A stretch of 64,000 bases of DNA, taken from positions 416,001 to 480,000 of the forward strand of contig BK006934.2 in the NCBI GenBank assembly GCA_000146045.2, given 5' to 3'. Below, piece by piece: positions 35,327-48,330 of this stretch. The notes beneath the pieces were generated by a model. The model ran no database searches, had not been told where the DNA came from, and worked only from the letters and a program-made list of their open reading frames with translations. The DNA comes from TPA_inf: Saccharomyces (Eukaryota). Made by a program: the position numbers and the translations under genes. Position 1 is the stretch's first letter. Every line of letters starts with the position of its first letter.

Positions 35327-36640
35327 ATGGCTGTCTCTAAAGTTTACGCTAGATCCGTCTACGACTCCCGTGGTAACCCAACCGTCGAAGTCGAATTAAC
35401 CACCGAAAAGGGTGTTTTCAGATCCATTGTTCCATCTGGTGCCTCCACCGGTGTCCACGAAGCTTTGGAAATGAGAGATGAAGACAAATCCAAGTGGATG
35501 GGTAAGGGTGTTATGAACGCTGTCAACAACGTCAACAACGTCATTGCTGCTGCTTTCGTCAAGGCCAACCTAGATGTTAAGGACCAAAAGGCCGTCGATG
35601 ACTTCTTGTTGTCTTTGGATGGTACCGCCAACAAGTCCAAGTTGGGTGCTAACGCTATCTTGGGTGTCTCCATGGCCGCTGCTAGAGCCGCTGCTGCTGA
35701 AAAGAACGTCCCATTGTACCAACATTTGGCTGACTTGTCTAAGTCCAAGACCTCTCCATACGTTTTGCCAGTTCCATTCTTGAACGTTTTGAACGGTGGT
35801 TCCCACGCTGGTGGTGCTTTGGCTTTGCAAGAATTCATGATTGCTCCAACTGGTGCTAAGACCTTCGCTGAAGCCATGAGAATTGGTTCCGAAGTTTACC
35901 ACAACTTGAAGTCTTTGACCAAGAAGAGATACGGTGCTTCTGCCGGTAACGTCGGTGACGAAGGTGGTGTTGCTCCAAACATTCAAACCGCTGAAGAAGC
36001 TTTGGACTTGATTGTTGACGCTATCAAGGCTGCTGGTCACGACGGTAAGGTCAAGATCGGTTTGGACTGTGCTTCCTCTGAATTCTTCAAGGACGGTAAG
36101 TACGACTTGGACTTCAAGAACCCAGAATCTGACAAATCCAAGTGGTTGACTGGTGTCGAATTAGCTGACATGTACCACTCCTTGATGAAGAGATACCCAA
36201 TTGTCTCCATCGAAGATCCATTTGCTGAAGATGACTGGGAAGCTTGGTCTCACTTCTTCAAGACCGCTGGTATCCAAATTGTTGCTGATGACTTGACTGT
36301 CACCAACCCAGCTAGAATTGCTACCGCCATCGAAAAGAAGGCTGCTGACGCTTTGTTGTTGAAGGTTAACCAAATCGGTACCTTGTCTGAATCCATCAAG
36401 GCTGCTCAAGACTCTTTCGCTGCCAACTGGGGTGTTATGGTTTCCCACAGATCTGGTGAAACTGAAGACACTTTCATTGCTGACTTGGTTGTCGGTTTGA
36501 GAACTGGTCAAATCAAGACTGGTGCTCCAGCTAGATCCGAAAGATTGGCTAAGTTGAACCAATTGTTGAGAATCGAAGAAGAATTGGGTGACAAGGCTGT
36601 CTACGCCGGTGAAAACTTCCACCACGGTGACAAGTTGTAA
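35327..36640 (+). CDS. ENO2: Enolase II. 437 aa. Strong glycolytic codon bias.
   Basis: An unmistakable enolase sequence with extreme codon bias (GGT, GCT, TTG, AAG and similar). Long stop-free antisense frames result from the bias. The position matches YHR174W. Confidence 0.95.
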   Translation: MAVSKVYARSVYDSRGNPTVEVELTTEKGVFRSIVPSGASTGVHEALEMRDEDKSKWMGKGVMNAVNNVNNVIAAAFVKANLDVKDQKAVDDFLLSLDGTANKSKLGANAILGVSMAAARAAAAEKNVPLYQHLADLSKSKTSPYVLPVPFLNVLNGGSHAGGALALQEFMIAPTGAKTFAEAMRIGSEVYHNLKSLTKKRYGASAGNVGDEGGVAPNIQTAEEALDLIVDAIKAAGHDGKVKIGLDCASSEFFKDGKYDLDFKNPESDKSKWLTGVELADMYHSLMKRYPIVSIEDPFAEDDWEAWSHFFKTAGIQIVADDLTVTNPARIATAIEKKAADALLLKVNQIGTLSESIKAAQDSFAANWGVMVSHRSGETEDTFIADLVVGLRTGQIKTGAPARSERLAKLNQLLRIEEELGDKAVYAGENFHHGDKL

Positions 36641-36871
36641 AGTGCTTTTAACTAAGAATTATTAGTCTTTTCTGCTTATTTTTTCATCATAGTTTAGAAC
36701 ACTTTATATTAACGAATAGTTTATGAATCTATTTAGGTTTAAAAATTGATACAGTTTTATAAGTTACTTTTTCAAAGACTCGTGCTGTCTATTGCATAAT
36801 GCACTGGAAGGGGAAAAAAAAGGTGCACACGCGTGGCTTTTTCTTGAATTTGCAGTTTGAAAAATAACTAC

Positions 36872-37441
36872 ATGGATGATAAGAAAACATGGAGTACAGT
36901 CACTTTGAGAACCTTCAATCAGCTGGTAACGTCTTCGTTAATTGGATACTCAAAAAAGATGGATAGCATGAATCACAAGATGGAAGGAAATGCGGGCCAC
37001 GACCACAGTGATATGCATATGGGAGATGGAGATGATACCTGTTCGATGAATATGCTATTTTCGTGGTCATACAAGAATACGTGTGTCGTCTTTGAATGGT
37101 GGCATATCAAGACCCTGCCTGGACTGATTTTAAGTTGTTTAGCAATTTTTGGTCTAGCCTACCTCTATGAGTACTTAAAGTACTGTGTCCATAAGAGACA
37201 ATTATCCCAGAGAGTATTGTTACCAAATAGATCTCTGACCAAGATCAACCAAGCCGACAAAGTGTCCAATAGTATTCTATATGGTTTGCAAGTGGGATTC
37301 TCATTCATGCTCATGCTTGTATTCATGACTTATAATGGTTGGTTAATGTTAGCTGTCGTGTGTGGGGCAATATGGGGTAATTACAGCTGGTGTACTTCGT
37401 ATAGTCCTGAGATAGATGACAGCTCCCTCGCCTGCCATTAA
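36872..37441 (+). CDS. CTR2: Low-affinity copper transporter Ctr2 (vacuolar). 189 aa from MDDKK. An in-frame ATG at 36857 would add 5 aa.
   Basis: Ctr-family signature with a Met-rich N-terminus (MEGNAGHDHSDMHMGDGDD), three TM segments and a GxxxG-type motif in the last TM. The length matches YHR175W. Confidence 0.85.
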   Translation: MDDKKTWSTVTLRTFNQLVTSSLIGYSKKMDSMNHKMEGNAGHDHSDMHMGDGDDTCSMNMLFSWSYKNTCVVFEWWHIKTLPGLILSCLAIFGLAYLYEYLKYCVHKRQLSQRVLLPNRSLTKINQADKVSNSILYGLQVGFSFMLMLVFMTYNGWLMLAVVCGAIWGNYSWCTSYSPEIDDSSLACH

Positions 37442-38228
37442 GATGGTGACAAATATTACAAATTTGATACTATTTGTATCTATTTTGTTTTTATCCGGGA
37501 TTTTTCGTATTTCTTCCTCATTCATACCCTTCCCTTTATTTGTTCCCACTGAGTATAATGATAAACTACGTTAACATTACATGTATAATATTTAGCACTC
37601 GTACGTTACTAGTCTTTGACACAAGTTTATATATCCCCCCCTTTATGTTATCGTTTATTGGCTACAGCCTCAGTAATCAAAATAGTCCACTATTTCTATA
37701 TCATTAACTTCTGCGTCGCCAAGATGTTAATCATGAAACGATCTAGTTCTTCAACAGTTTGCCAGCGACCATTCGAGCTAATCTTGAACAAAAGTAATAC
37801 TATTTAAGGGTGGGCGCGGGTTGTTATACCGTTTTGAGACGATCTACTATAACGTTATATTTAATTATATAAGTGATGAATTTAATGTCCCGTCCACAAC
37901 ACGAAATCGCACCTCATTTCAACGCGGCAAGTATTAATGTTCTGCTTTATGAAAGATTCCATGAACCCTTTTCTACCTTTTAAATTCCTCTTTTCACTCT
38001 TAATCACATGATATTACCTTTACATAGGAAGCGCCAGACATCTTTTTGCCGAGAAAAGCCATTATGCAAGATAATCCTGTAGCCTCATATCAAGGATAAA
38101 TGCCACTGCAAAAACGCAGTCGTTATTTGGGACTGTATTTAAATGGGCCACTGTTTTTATACAAGTCGAAAATACAATAATACAGAAAATTCAAGCAGGA
38201 AGCGAGAAATAACAAGAAGTAACTAGGC

Positions 38229-39527
38229 ATGACAGTGAATGACAAAAAAAGATTGGCAATCATAGGTGGGGGGCCAGGAGGGTTGGCAGCTGCAAGAGTT
38301 TTCTCGCAAAGTCTTCCAAATTTTGAAATAGAAATATTTGTAAAGGATTACGATATTGGCGGTGTCTGGCATTATCCAGAACAAAAAAGTGATGGGAGGG
38401 TCATGTATGACCATTTGGAAACCAATATATCAAAGAAGTTAATGCAGTTTAGCGGCTTTCCCTTCGAGGAAAACGTCCCTTTATATCCGTCTCGAAGAAA
38501 CATTTGGGAATACTTGAAAGCCTATTACAAAACGTTCATTGCCAACAAAGATGCTATCAGCATCCATTTCAGCACCGAAGTTACCTACTTAAAGAAGAAG
38601 AACTCTCAATGGGAGATAACATCTAAAGACGAACTAAGGACTACTAAATCGGATTTTGACTTCGTTATTGTTGCGTCTGGTCACTACAGTGTCCCTAAAC
38701 TACCAACTAATATCGCAGGTCTCGATCTATGGTTCGACAATAAGGGCGCCTTTCATTCTAAGGATTTCAAAAACTGCGAGTTTGCCCGTGAAAAAGTCGT
38801 TATTGTGGTGGGAAACGGCAGTTCCGGCCAAGATATTGCCAACCAACTAACTACCGTTGCAAAGAAAGTATATAATAGTATAAAAGAGCCTGCGAGCAAT
38901 CAACTGAAGGCCAAGTTAATCGAGACTGTCCAAACAATAGACAGTGCCGATTGGAAAAATCGTTCAGTTACTTTATCTGATGGAAGAGTACTTCAGAATA
39001 TAGACTACATTATTTTCGCCACAGGCTATTATTACAGCTTTCCATTTATAGAGCCCTCCGTTAGACTGGAAGTGCTAGGTGAGGGTGTTACTGGCGACAA
39101 GCACTCGTCTGTCAATCTGCACAATTTGTGGGAGCACATGATCTATGTAAAAGATCCTACGCTGTCCTTTATCTTGACCCCGCAGTTGGTCATCCCGTTC
39201 CCGTTGTCGGAACTACAGGCGGCTATTATGGTCGAAGTATTCTGTAAAAGCTTACCGATAACTACAACTTTCGACTCTAATGCCTGCGGAACGCACAACT
39301 TCCCAAAGGGAAAGGACCTGGAATACTATGCAGAACTACAGGAACTACTGAATAGCATTCCACGTAGGGTCGGTCATTTCGAACCAGTTGTATGGGATGA
39401 TAGACTGATCGATCTAAGAAACAGTAGTTATACAGACAAAGAAGAAAGAAATGTGCTTCTAGCGGAACACGCACAAGCCCTAAAGAAAAAAAAAGCACCA
39501 TACTTCCTTCCGGCGCCACATACTTAA
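38229..39527 (+). CDS. FMO1: Flavin-containing monooxygenase Fmo1. 432 aa.
   Basis: An FAD-binding GxGxxG motif (IIGGGPGGLAAAR), an FMO motif region and a second NADPH-binding motif (GNGSSGQDIA). The length matches YHR176W. Confidence 0.9.
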   Translation: MTVNDKKRLAIIGGGPGGLAAARVFSQSLPNFEIEIFVKDYDIGGVWHYPEQKSDGRVMYDHLETNISKKLMQFSGFPFEENVPLYPSRRNIWEYLKAYYKTFIANKDAISIHFSTEVTYLKKKNSQWEITSKDELRTTKSDFDFVIVASGHYSVPKLPTNIAGLDLWFDNKGAFHSKDFKNCEFAREKVVIVVGNGSSGQDIANQLTTVAKKVYNSIKEPASNQLKAKLIETVQTIDSADWKNRSVTLSDGRVLQNIDYIIFATGYYYSFPFIEPSVRLEVLGEGVTGDKHSSVNLHNLWEHMIYVKDPTLSFILTPQLVIPFPLSELQAAIMVEVFCKSLPITTTFDSNACGTHNFPKGKDLEYYAELQELLNSIPRRVGHFEPVVWDDRLIDLRNSSYTDKEERNVLLAEHAQALKKKKAPYFLPAPHT

Positions 39528-40590
39528 CGTAAAAAGGAATGTACTTGTATAGAAAAAACACATATTGTGCCGCTTAATATTTCGTTTCCCTCATGTATAT
39601 ACCTTATCGCTGTTAAAATAAGAAATCTTCACTTCTGCTATCTTTTTTTTTCAAACATTGATTAATAATCCGGCCGTCCGCAGATTGCTTACGCAGAATA
39701 TACCGTACCGCCACCGTAAAATTAACGAATACTTAAATTTCCGCCTCTTCCGTTTCGGCAATAGCGAACCTTAATGTAAGTTTTTAAAAGGCAGCGCCAA
39801 AAATTGCTCTGAAAGGCCTGCAGTGCTTCGCGGCTACGCAGTTCCCATGTAAAAAAAAAAGAAAACTTTCTTTTTGAATCTGGAAAATCCGCACAGGCGC
39901 GCCAGCATAAACCTCAGTATCCTGCAAAGGCCATCCTTTTAAAGATCTTAACAACGTATGAATCTGAGGCAGAGAGAAATTAAGCGATAAACGTTCCTTT
40001 TAGACTTTCACTTTCTTGGCCGTCATTTAAAAAAAAATTATCTAATAATCTCTAATTTTAAGTTGAAATCACGCTAACATATGACTATGACTATTAACCT
40101 TTTTATGTGGAAAAAAAAGGAAGAATATGTTGTAAACGTATTTTAGCCTTGTTCCCGGAACTTTAATCACTCTGGCAACTTTTTAAGTAGTCTGTCTTTT
40201 TCTCGGTCGTATATTCCTCAAAATTCAAGAGGAAAGAGGAAGTGAAGAAGAAAGCCTAGAAAAAAAAAATAGGCATTAACACAAAAACGCACCTAAGGGA
40301 CTGAGGAAAATCAAAAAAATGATAATTGCAGTTAGTAAATCTTCATAATCGACGCCCACTTATTCTTTCTTTATAGTACCGGGTAGGCGGGTAATTCATA
40401 CGTAGCTGCTGCGGGAGAACTACTATGTATCATTCCCTGTTTATTTGTATGAATTATTATTTAATACGTACATTCTTGTAAGCCCTTCTTCAACAAAACA
40501 AACAAATAAAGCGAGAAAAAAGGGAACCACGAATTAAGATAATTAATCAAACAATAGATAGGAAAAGGAGATCGACGAGTAAGCGTAAGA

Positions 40591-41952
40591 ATGATGGATA
40601 TCAGCCCTACCTGTTATGGGTACATCGACGACGAGCAAGATCTAGCCCTTGTTTTCCAGGGCGTATTCAATGGAAATTTGAGATGCATCGAACGGAGGCC
40701 ATATGATGCAGAAAAGGTTGAATTAGTCAACCCCGGAAACATTTTTGTTTTCAACGAAGAGAAATCCGGCATCAAAAGATGGACAGATGGTTTTTCTTGG
40801 TCTCCTTCAAGAATTTCAGGCAAATTTCTCGTATATAGAGAGTATAATAGGCTGGGTTCCACGCACGATCTACCGCTGCATAATGTACCTGAGTATAATA
40901 TCTTCGAGAGGGCTCATAGGAAGTATTTTTATACTGGACTACTGAAAAAAACATTTTCTCTAAAATTCAATATGGATCCCACCGACAGCACTAAGCTGGA
41001 AACATTTCATCTTATTGCGTACTATACGGAAAAGGATATTCATCAAGGAAGTTTGAGGAGACCTTCAGAAAATCCTTTCTTCCATAAATTTCGACCTTCA
41101 CAGAAACTATTAGATGCTTTACAAAAAGTTGCTGTAGGAAATGGCAGATCTAACCCGTCTAAAAATAATGAGAGAGGCAGAACCAAAGCTCATAATTATA
41201 AAACGCGCAGGTCTTTATCATCTTCTCCGAGCTATTGTGATCTCTTGAGCAATTATAACAACCATCCTGGAAATATTCCAGTTAGGACCGCAGTTCAGTT
41301 ACCTTTAACCACCTTCAATAACGCTCCTCGAGAAATGCACCAACAGCAGCACCGACAACAGCAACAATATCTCTTACCCATAGATGAACAGAATAAATTA
41401 CCTCTCCCGTATATGCAGCACCAGCCACAACCAATTGGTGTTTACAATCCTAACTATCAGCCTGGATTGAGACGTACGGTCTCACAACCTATGATTTTCT
41501 GCAATACATACAATACTCTCCCGCAACAACCTACTGCAGCACCTTATGAACGGCGTGGCGTGTCGCCTTCAGTGATATACTCCTCCAATACATTGAGCCC
41601 AATACCATACCAAAATATCGATCCATACTCTTCGAGGTCGGGTCCTGAATGCAATCACTCTAAGGCGCCTATCGCCCCAACAATGATGCCCCCAGTACAC
41701 CATATACTTGTGCATGATTACCGACAACCAAAACCAGTCACAGATTCTATTAATCCTCCAAATGTAAACATAACCACCTCCACAACCAACAAGAACCTAG
41801 ATGGCATTTATATTTTGCCAGCTCCTCGTATGAATCCCCCGGCTCAAACACAATACCAAATGATTCATGCGCCAGACAGCATGCAACATCCACCAACATT
41901 TAGTAAAAACAACACATCAAGCAATCCTAAATCCCACCAATACTCAAAGTAG
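40591..41952 (+). CDS. ROF1: WOPR-domain (Gti1/Pac2/Wor1 family) putative transcription factor YHR177W. 453 aa.
   Basis: The N-terminal WOPR box (GYIDDEQDLALVFQGVFNGNL...VNPGNIFVFNEEKSGIKRWTDGFSWSPSR...) is followed by a long Q/N/P-rich low-complexity tail. I am less certain of the symbol ROF1 than of the ORF name YHR177W. Confidence 0.8.
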   Translation: MMDISPTCYGYIDDEQDLALVFQGVFNGNLRCIERRPYDAEKVELVNPGNIFVFNEEKSGIKRWTDGFSWSPSRISGKFLVYREYNRLGSTHDLPLHNVPEYNIFERAHRKYFYTGLLKKTFSLKFNMDPTDSTKLETFHLIAYYTEKDIHQGSLRRPSENPFFHKFRPSQKLLDALQKVAVGNGRSNPSKNNERGRTKAHNYKTRRSLSSSPSYCDLLSNYNNHPGNIPVRTAVQLPLTTFNNAPREMHQQQHRQQQQYLLPIDEQNKLPLPYMQHQPQPIGVYNPNYQPGLRRTVSQPMIFCNTYNTLPQQPTAAPYERRGVSPSVIYSSNTLSPIPYQNIDPYSSRSGPECNHSKAPIAPTMMPPVHHILVHDYRQPKPVTDSINPPNVNITTSTTNKNLDGIYILPAPRMNPPAQTQYQMIHAPDSMQHPPTFSKNNTSSNPKSHQYSK

Positions 41953-43298
41953 AAGATCAGCATCCTTTCAATTGCTGAAAGGTTCACCTAAAGTACCGCT
42001 CATATTCCAAAAGGATTCTTCACTACATAGAAAGGGCAGCCAATTGTGTGTTTTTCAGAAAGGGTTTTAAAAAAACAGGAGGGTGCTTGTTCTTGTTGTT
42101 CCCTACCATCGATGGATTTCGAAAAACTATTTATAGGACCATCTGATTTTCACCTCCATCATTGTATCATATACTAACAAGCATATCCAAATTTGTAATT
42201 CTATCATGAAATTTCCAGAGAAAGAAACGCAAGGGAACTGAGAAATCAAACCTAAAAACGGTTCTTGGCATTGTTATGAAAAATGAATAAACCAGGGGGG
42301 CAAAACAATCGAGAACCCCAATCAAAACCATGTGAGATACCCACTTCGAAAGTTACTGATATTATAACTCTTGTGTCCTCTCTTCTAATACCTTACTTTC
42401 ACCTTTCTCACGTAGTTAAAGTTGCAACAACACATTTTGTCCTCATCCAATTTCTTCTATAGAATATCCGTTTGCCTCCAGGAGTGAAGAAATGATAGCA
42501 GTAACACTGTGAAAGCGAGACTAAGAGAAACGACTTAAAGCTCGAAGACTTCTTGAGGATACGTTTATGTTTCTGTGGCTTCTTCTTCGCGGCGCGGTTC
42601 TCGCGTATAGGAATGTTCTAAGACAAGAAGGCATGAAGTTATGTTAACAGATTCTATATCTACTCGCTACGCATATATAAACGGATTCATCATTGAAACA
42701 ATGGTACTTGTGGTAATGTGTACGACGATTTCAACCCGAATAAAAGCAAAAGTGCAAAAAAAAAACAAGAAGCGCTTAGCACTGTTGAATCATTTAGAAC
42801 ACTACTAATGCTGGTAATACACTCAAGAATGAAGAGTGGCTTACTCCATTGTTGATGCAAAAGTTGTAAATTTCACGAATTATTTAATGCGTTCCTTGCA
42901 ACCTTCTATTTTGATGAACATCAGGAATTGAAACAAAAAAAAGGCTTCAATCTCAACGGAAAACGGGAAGAAAACTACACTCGATTATACTATATATGCC
43001 AAGAAGATTCTCCGACAGATTGTCTACTTAATTTCACATAATATATCTTGTTTTACTAGCTTATTATATAGCGTCGCATTTAATTCATGGCGCCATCACC
43101 CGCAGGGAATATAACGACAAGGCCGATACCACGGGAAAAATAGGGCGAGCGGAAATACTAAAAGAAAAATAAGCTTCCGAAATAAAACACCGACAATGAA
43201 GTTCTTGGCAAGGTTCGGTTATTTCCTCTACGTAACAAGAGGTATAATATCCGAGCGTACAGGGCTAAAAAATTAATACAAAGGTGTAAAAGAAGGAC

Positions 43299-45530
43299 AT
43301 GGATGGTCCCAATTTTGCACATCAAGGCGGGAGATCACAACGTACTACTGAATTGTATTCGTGCGCACGATGCAGAAAATTAAAGAAGAAGTGTGGTAAA
43401 CAAATACCGACATGTGCAAACTGCGATAAAAATGGGGCACACTGTTCATATCCAGGTAGAGCCCCAAGACGTACCAAGAAGGAGTTAGCGGATGCTATGC
43501 TACGAGGGGAATATGTTCCAGTGAAAAGGAACAAGAAGGTAGGAAAAAGCCCATTGAGCACTAAGAGCATGCCAAACTCTTCTAGTCCGCTATCCGCAAA
43601 TGGCGCTATAACTCCCGGGTTTTCGCCTTACGAAAACGATGATGCACATAAGATGAAACAGCTAAAACCGTCAGATCCAATAAATCTTGTCATGGGGGCA
43701 AGTCCAAATTCTAGCGAAGGTGTCTCATCGCTAATTTCGGTGCTAACATCGCTGAATGATAATTCTAATCCTTCTTCGCACTTATCCTCTAATGAAAATT
43801 CCATGATTCCTTCCCGATCATTGCCAGCTTCCGTGCAGCAAAGTTCGACAACTTCATCATTCGGAGGATATAACACGCCTTCACCACTAATTAGCAGTCA
43901 TGTGCCTGCGAACGCCCAAGCCGTACCGCTACAAAACAACAATCGCAATACTAGCAACGGGGATAACGGCAGTAATGTTAACCACGATAATAACAATGGC
44001 AGTACCAACACACCGCAATTGAGTCTTACCCCATATGCAAACAATTCAGCCCCCAATGGGAAATTCGATTCTGTGCCGGTTGATGCATCCTCGATCGAAT
44101 TTGAAACTATGTCCTGTTGCTTTAAAGGTGGTAGAACAACATCGTGGGTCAGAGAGGATGGCTCGTTCAAGTCAATTGATAGATCCTTACTGGACAGGTT
44201 CATTGCCGCATACTTCAAACACAATCACCGTCTATTTCCCATGATTGATAAAATAGCATTCCTAAATGACGCCGCGACAATTACTGATTTCGAAAGGTTA
44301 TATGACAACAAAAACTACCCTGACAGCTTTGTTTTCAAAGTATACATGATCATGGCTATTGGTTGTACAACTTTACAGCGTGCTGGTATGGTTTCTCAGG
44401 ACGAAGAGTGTCTGAGTGAACATTTGGCTTTTTTGGCCATGAAAAAATTTCGTAGTGTTATAATTTTACAAGATATCGAAACTGTACGATGCCTATTGTT
44501 GTTGGGTATTTATTCGTTTTTTGAGCCAAAGGGCTCCTCGTCATGGACAATTAGTGGTATCATCATGCGATTGACCATAGGATTAGGTTTAAATAGAGAG
44601 TTAACTGCCAAAAAACTCAAGAGCATGTCTGCTTTAGAAGCAGAGGCAAGATATAGAGTGTTTTGGAGTGCTTACTGCTTTGAAAGGCTAGTATGCACCT
44701 CGTTGGGCCGTATATCCGGGATCGACGACGAAGACATCACTGTGCCACTACCGAGGGCGTTGTATGTGGATGAAAGAGACGATTTAGAGATGACCAAGTT
44801 GATGATATCATTAAGGAAAATGGGCGGTCGCATTTATAAACAAGTCCACTCTGTAAGTGCAGGGCGACAAAAGTTAACCATCGAACAAAAGCAGGAAATC
44901 ATAAGTGGATTACGCAAGGAGCTAGACGAAATTTATTCTCGAGAATCAGAAAGAAGGAAACTGAAAAAATCTCAAATGGATCAGGTGGAGAGGGAGAACA
45001 ATTCTACTACAAATGTAATATCCTTCCATAGTTCTGAGATTTGGCTAGCAATGAGATACTCCCAGTTGCAAATCTTACTATACAGACCATCTGCATTGAT
45101 GCCAAAACCGCCCATTGACTCACTATCCACTCTAGGAGAGTTTTGCTTGCAAGCCTGGAAACATACTTATACACTGTACAAGAAGCGGTTATTACCCTTG
45201 AACTGGATAACCCTTTTCAGAACATTAACCATTTGTAACACTATCTTATACTGTCTTTGCCAGTGGAGCATCGACCTCATTGAAAGTAAAATCGAAATTC
45301 AACAGTGTGTGGAAATACTAAGACATTTCGGTGAAAGATGGATTTTTGCTATGAGATGCGCGGATGTTTTCCAAAACATTAGCAACACAATTCTCGATAT
45401 TAGTTTAAGCCATGGTAAAGTTCCTAATATGGACCAATTAACAAGAGAGTTATTTGGCGCCAGCGATTCATATCAAGACATATTAGACGAAAACAATGTT
45501 GACGTCTCTTGGGTTGATAAACTTGTATGA
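43299..45530 (+). CDS. STB5: Zn2Cys6 binuclear-cluster transcription factor Stb5. 743 aa.
   Basis: An N-terminal Zn2Cys6 motif (CARCRKLKKKCGKQIPTCANCDKNGAHC) followed by a fungal transcription-factor middle homology region. The length matches YHR178W. Confidence 0.9.
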   Translation: MDGPNFAHQGGRSQRTTELYSCARCRKLKKKCGKQIPTCANCDKNGAHCSYPGRAPRRTKKELADAMLRGEYVPVKRNKKVGKSPLSTKSMPNSSSPLSANGAITPGFSPYENDDAHKMKQLKPSDPINLVMGASPNSSEGVSSLISVLTSLNDNSNPSSHLSSNENSMIPSRSLPASVQQSSTTSSFGGYNTPSPLISSHVPANAQAVPLQNNNRNTSNGDNGSNVNHDNNNGSTNTPQLSLTPYANNSAPNGKFDSVPVDASSIEFETMSCCFKGGRTTSWVREDGSFKSIDRSLLDRFIAAYFKHNHRLFPMIDKIAFLNDAATITDFERLYDNKNYPDSFVFKVYMIMAIGCTTLQRAGMVSQDEECLSEHLAFLAMKKFRSVIILQDIETVRCLLLLGIYSFFEPKGSSSWTISGIIMRLTIGLGLNRELTAKKLKSMSALEAEARYRVFWSAYCFERLVCTSLGRISGIDDEDITVPLPRALYVDERDDLEMTKLMISLRKMGGRIYKQVHSVSAGRQKLTIEQKQEIISGLRKELDEIYSRESERRKLKKSQMDQVERENNSTTNVISFHSSEIWLAMRYSQLQILLYRPSALMPKPPIDSLSTLGEFCLQAWKHTYTLYKKRLLPLNWITLFRTLTICNTILYCLCQWSIDLIESKIEIQQCVEILRHFGERWIFAMRCADVFQNISNTILDISLSHGKVPNMDQLTRELFGASDSYQDILDENNVDVSWVDKLV

Positions 45531-46010
45531 CATATGTTCACCGAGTTTTGTCATGTCGTCATACTATACGGCAGCGGCTTGTTGCTGCCGTTTAATGAAA
45601 CAGTTTTTTTCACGACAAGATTCTTCTATTGATTATTCACATATGTATTTTAATGAAAAATGAGTACTTTATAACACAACCCTAATGACAAATGAAAAAG
45701 TTGATTGCCATGAACTCTTAAAGCGATTTATGAGAACAATTAATTGATTATATATATATATCTTTGCAATTATGTCGTTTGTTGCAAGATGCTTCTGAAA
45801 GTAAGTAACTCTATAAGATAGATAATGCTACAAGACGCCAAACGCAAGTGAGTAAGAAATAAGAGCTGGCAGGTCTTCGCCGGAACACTATCATCAAAAT
45901 CACTACAATTTAGCGGCTTAGCACAATACGCGTTTTCAACTTCCTACGCTAGCGATGACAAAATGTCTCCAAGAGGCGGAACTTGCGACGGATGCATGGA
46001 AATATCTTAC

Positions 46011-46041
46011 GTAATGAACTTCCGTAATGAACTTCCGTAAT
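46011..46041. repeat. Tandem direct repeat of a 13-bp unit, GTAATGAACTTCC, in two full copies plus a partial third.
   Basis: Read directly: tacGTAATGAACTTCCGTAATGAACTTCCGTAATtcaag. Confidence 0.8.
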
Positions 46042-46175
46042 TCAAGATCTCTTAGCATCTCTTGTTCAATCTTCAGACTCTACTAAGTGTTCTTACCAAC
46101 CATTGGATGCTCATTACAAATGAATGAATATATTGCACGGAACGGAAGCGGCATGCTTTTTCCGTCTCGTGTGCT

Positions 46176-46182
46176 TAGTAAA
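46176..46182 (+). promoter_or_regulatory. Candidate Yap1 response element (TTAGTAA) about 320 bp upstream of OYE2.
   Basis: TTAGTAA is the reverse complement of the TTACTAA Yap1 response element. OYE2 is reported to be induced by oxidative stress. A single heptamer also occurs often by chance. Confidence 0.3.
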
Positions 46183-46378
46183 GCAAAACGGAGTAGAATC
46201 GGTAAGAACTTCCTTTTTGGGTTGGAAAATCATTGCCATTGTTTGGACACCTTTCTTTTTCCGTATTGTTCGAGCACCGCGTTTCTTTTTGGGTACTTGA
46301 TGAGGTAGCAGATTCCTGGAACGTGCTTTCTCTCGAGGTAACCTGCCTTGTTCCTCCTGGTGACTTTCTAAAATATAA

Positions 46379-47704
<1,326 letters not shown>

Positions 47705-47849
47705 TAGTGTTAACCGTACTTTGTAGCACCATTTCTTTTTCTTCTAATTTATATAATTAATGAATATATATATTTGGGATAAATAGCCTTTAATGAAATA
47801 TTAACAGAACTTTTTTGCTTGGGCAGCAACAGATTTATATCTTTGTGGA

Positions 47850-48330
47850 AAGGAGTAAACTGGGCTTTCACTTTAGATCATTATTCACATAAACTTCTTT
47901 TAGAATATGTTTGAATGTAAATCCACAAAATGGAATCGGTCATTCTACATCATGAATATTAATTTACCTTCTTTCCTTTTATATGCTGTCATTCATCATC
48001 CTATTACATTATCAATCGTTGCATTTCAGCTTCCATTAATTTCGACGACTGTGTCCCAATCCTATGTCATCTTCTTACACCGCGTGTAATAATATAGTAG
48101 TAACATGACTACTAGTCACTATATGGTAGTTTATTTTTATCACAACAGATTGAAGTGTGCAGAGTTTATATCCCTGCGTTTTATATTGATTAGTAGCATA
48201 ATGTAGGAAGTTGATATGAATCTGAGAGTGTGACCATATGGTGGTAGAAATGAGTTTAGGTACAATATTAAATGCGATGTCAAAATTCCAAAGTATACGC
48301 TCGCACCCACGCCCACTTTCTTCCAATATA
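47850..48330 (-). mobile_element. Ty1/Ty2-type delta-like solo LTR, diverged, on the minus strand. The delta-homologous core is about 47850-48130. A possible degenerate 5' terminus (TATTGGAAGA in the reverse complement) lies near 48321-48330.
   Basis: The reverse complement of 47930-48120 aligns with canonical delta blocks: ...ACGCGGTGTAAGAAGATGAC..., GAAGCTGAAATGCAACGATTGATAATGTAATAGG, and GATTCCATTTTGTGGATT. It is also the inverted near-copy of 50590-50760. The boundaries are approximate. Confidence 0.55.

Noticed and set aside
35359-36625. Several long antisense ORFs (172, 156 and 154 aa) on the minus strand inside ENO2
   Set aside because: ENO2 has extreme codon bias (GGT, GCT, GTT, TTG, AAG, GAA). 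That depletes stop codons in the antisense frames, and long open antisense frames are the expected artefact. There are no independent start or promoter signals.
37474-37807. Small ORFs of 77 and 63 aa downstream of CTR2
   Set aside because: They are T-rich, low-complexity 3'-flank sequence. A tiny annotated ORF (YHR175W-A) may exist here, but I cannot support a specific call from the sequence.
42541-42560. An ARS-consensus-like GTTTATGTTTC in the YHR177W-STB5 spacer
   Set aside because: It matches only 10 of 11 positions (the first position is G, not A or T). It is weaker than the perfect match at 31788-31798 and not worth a separate call.
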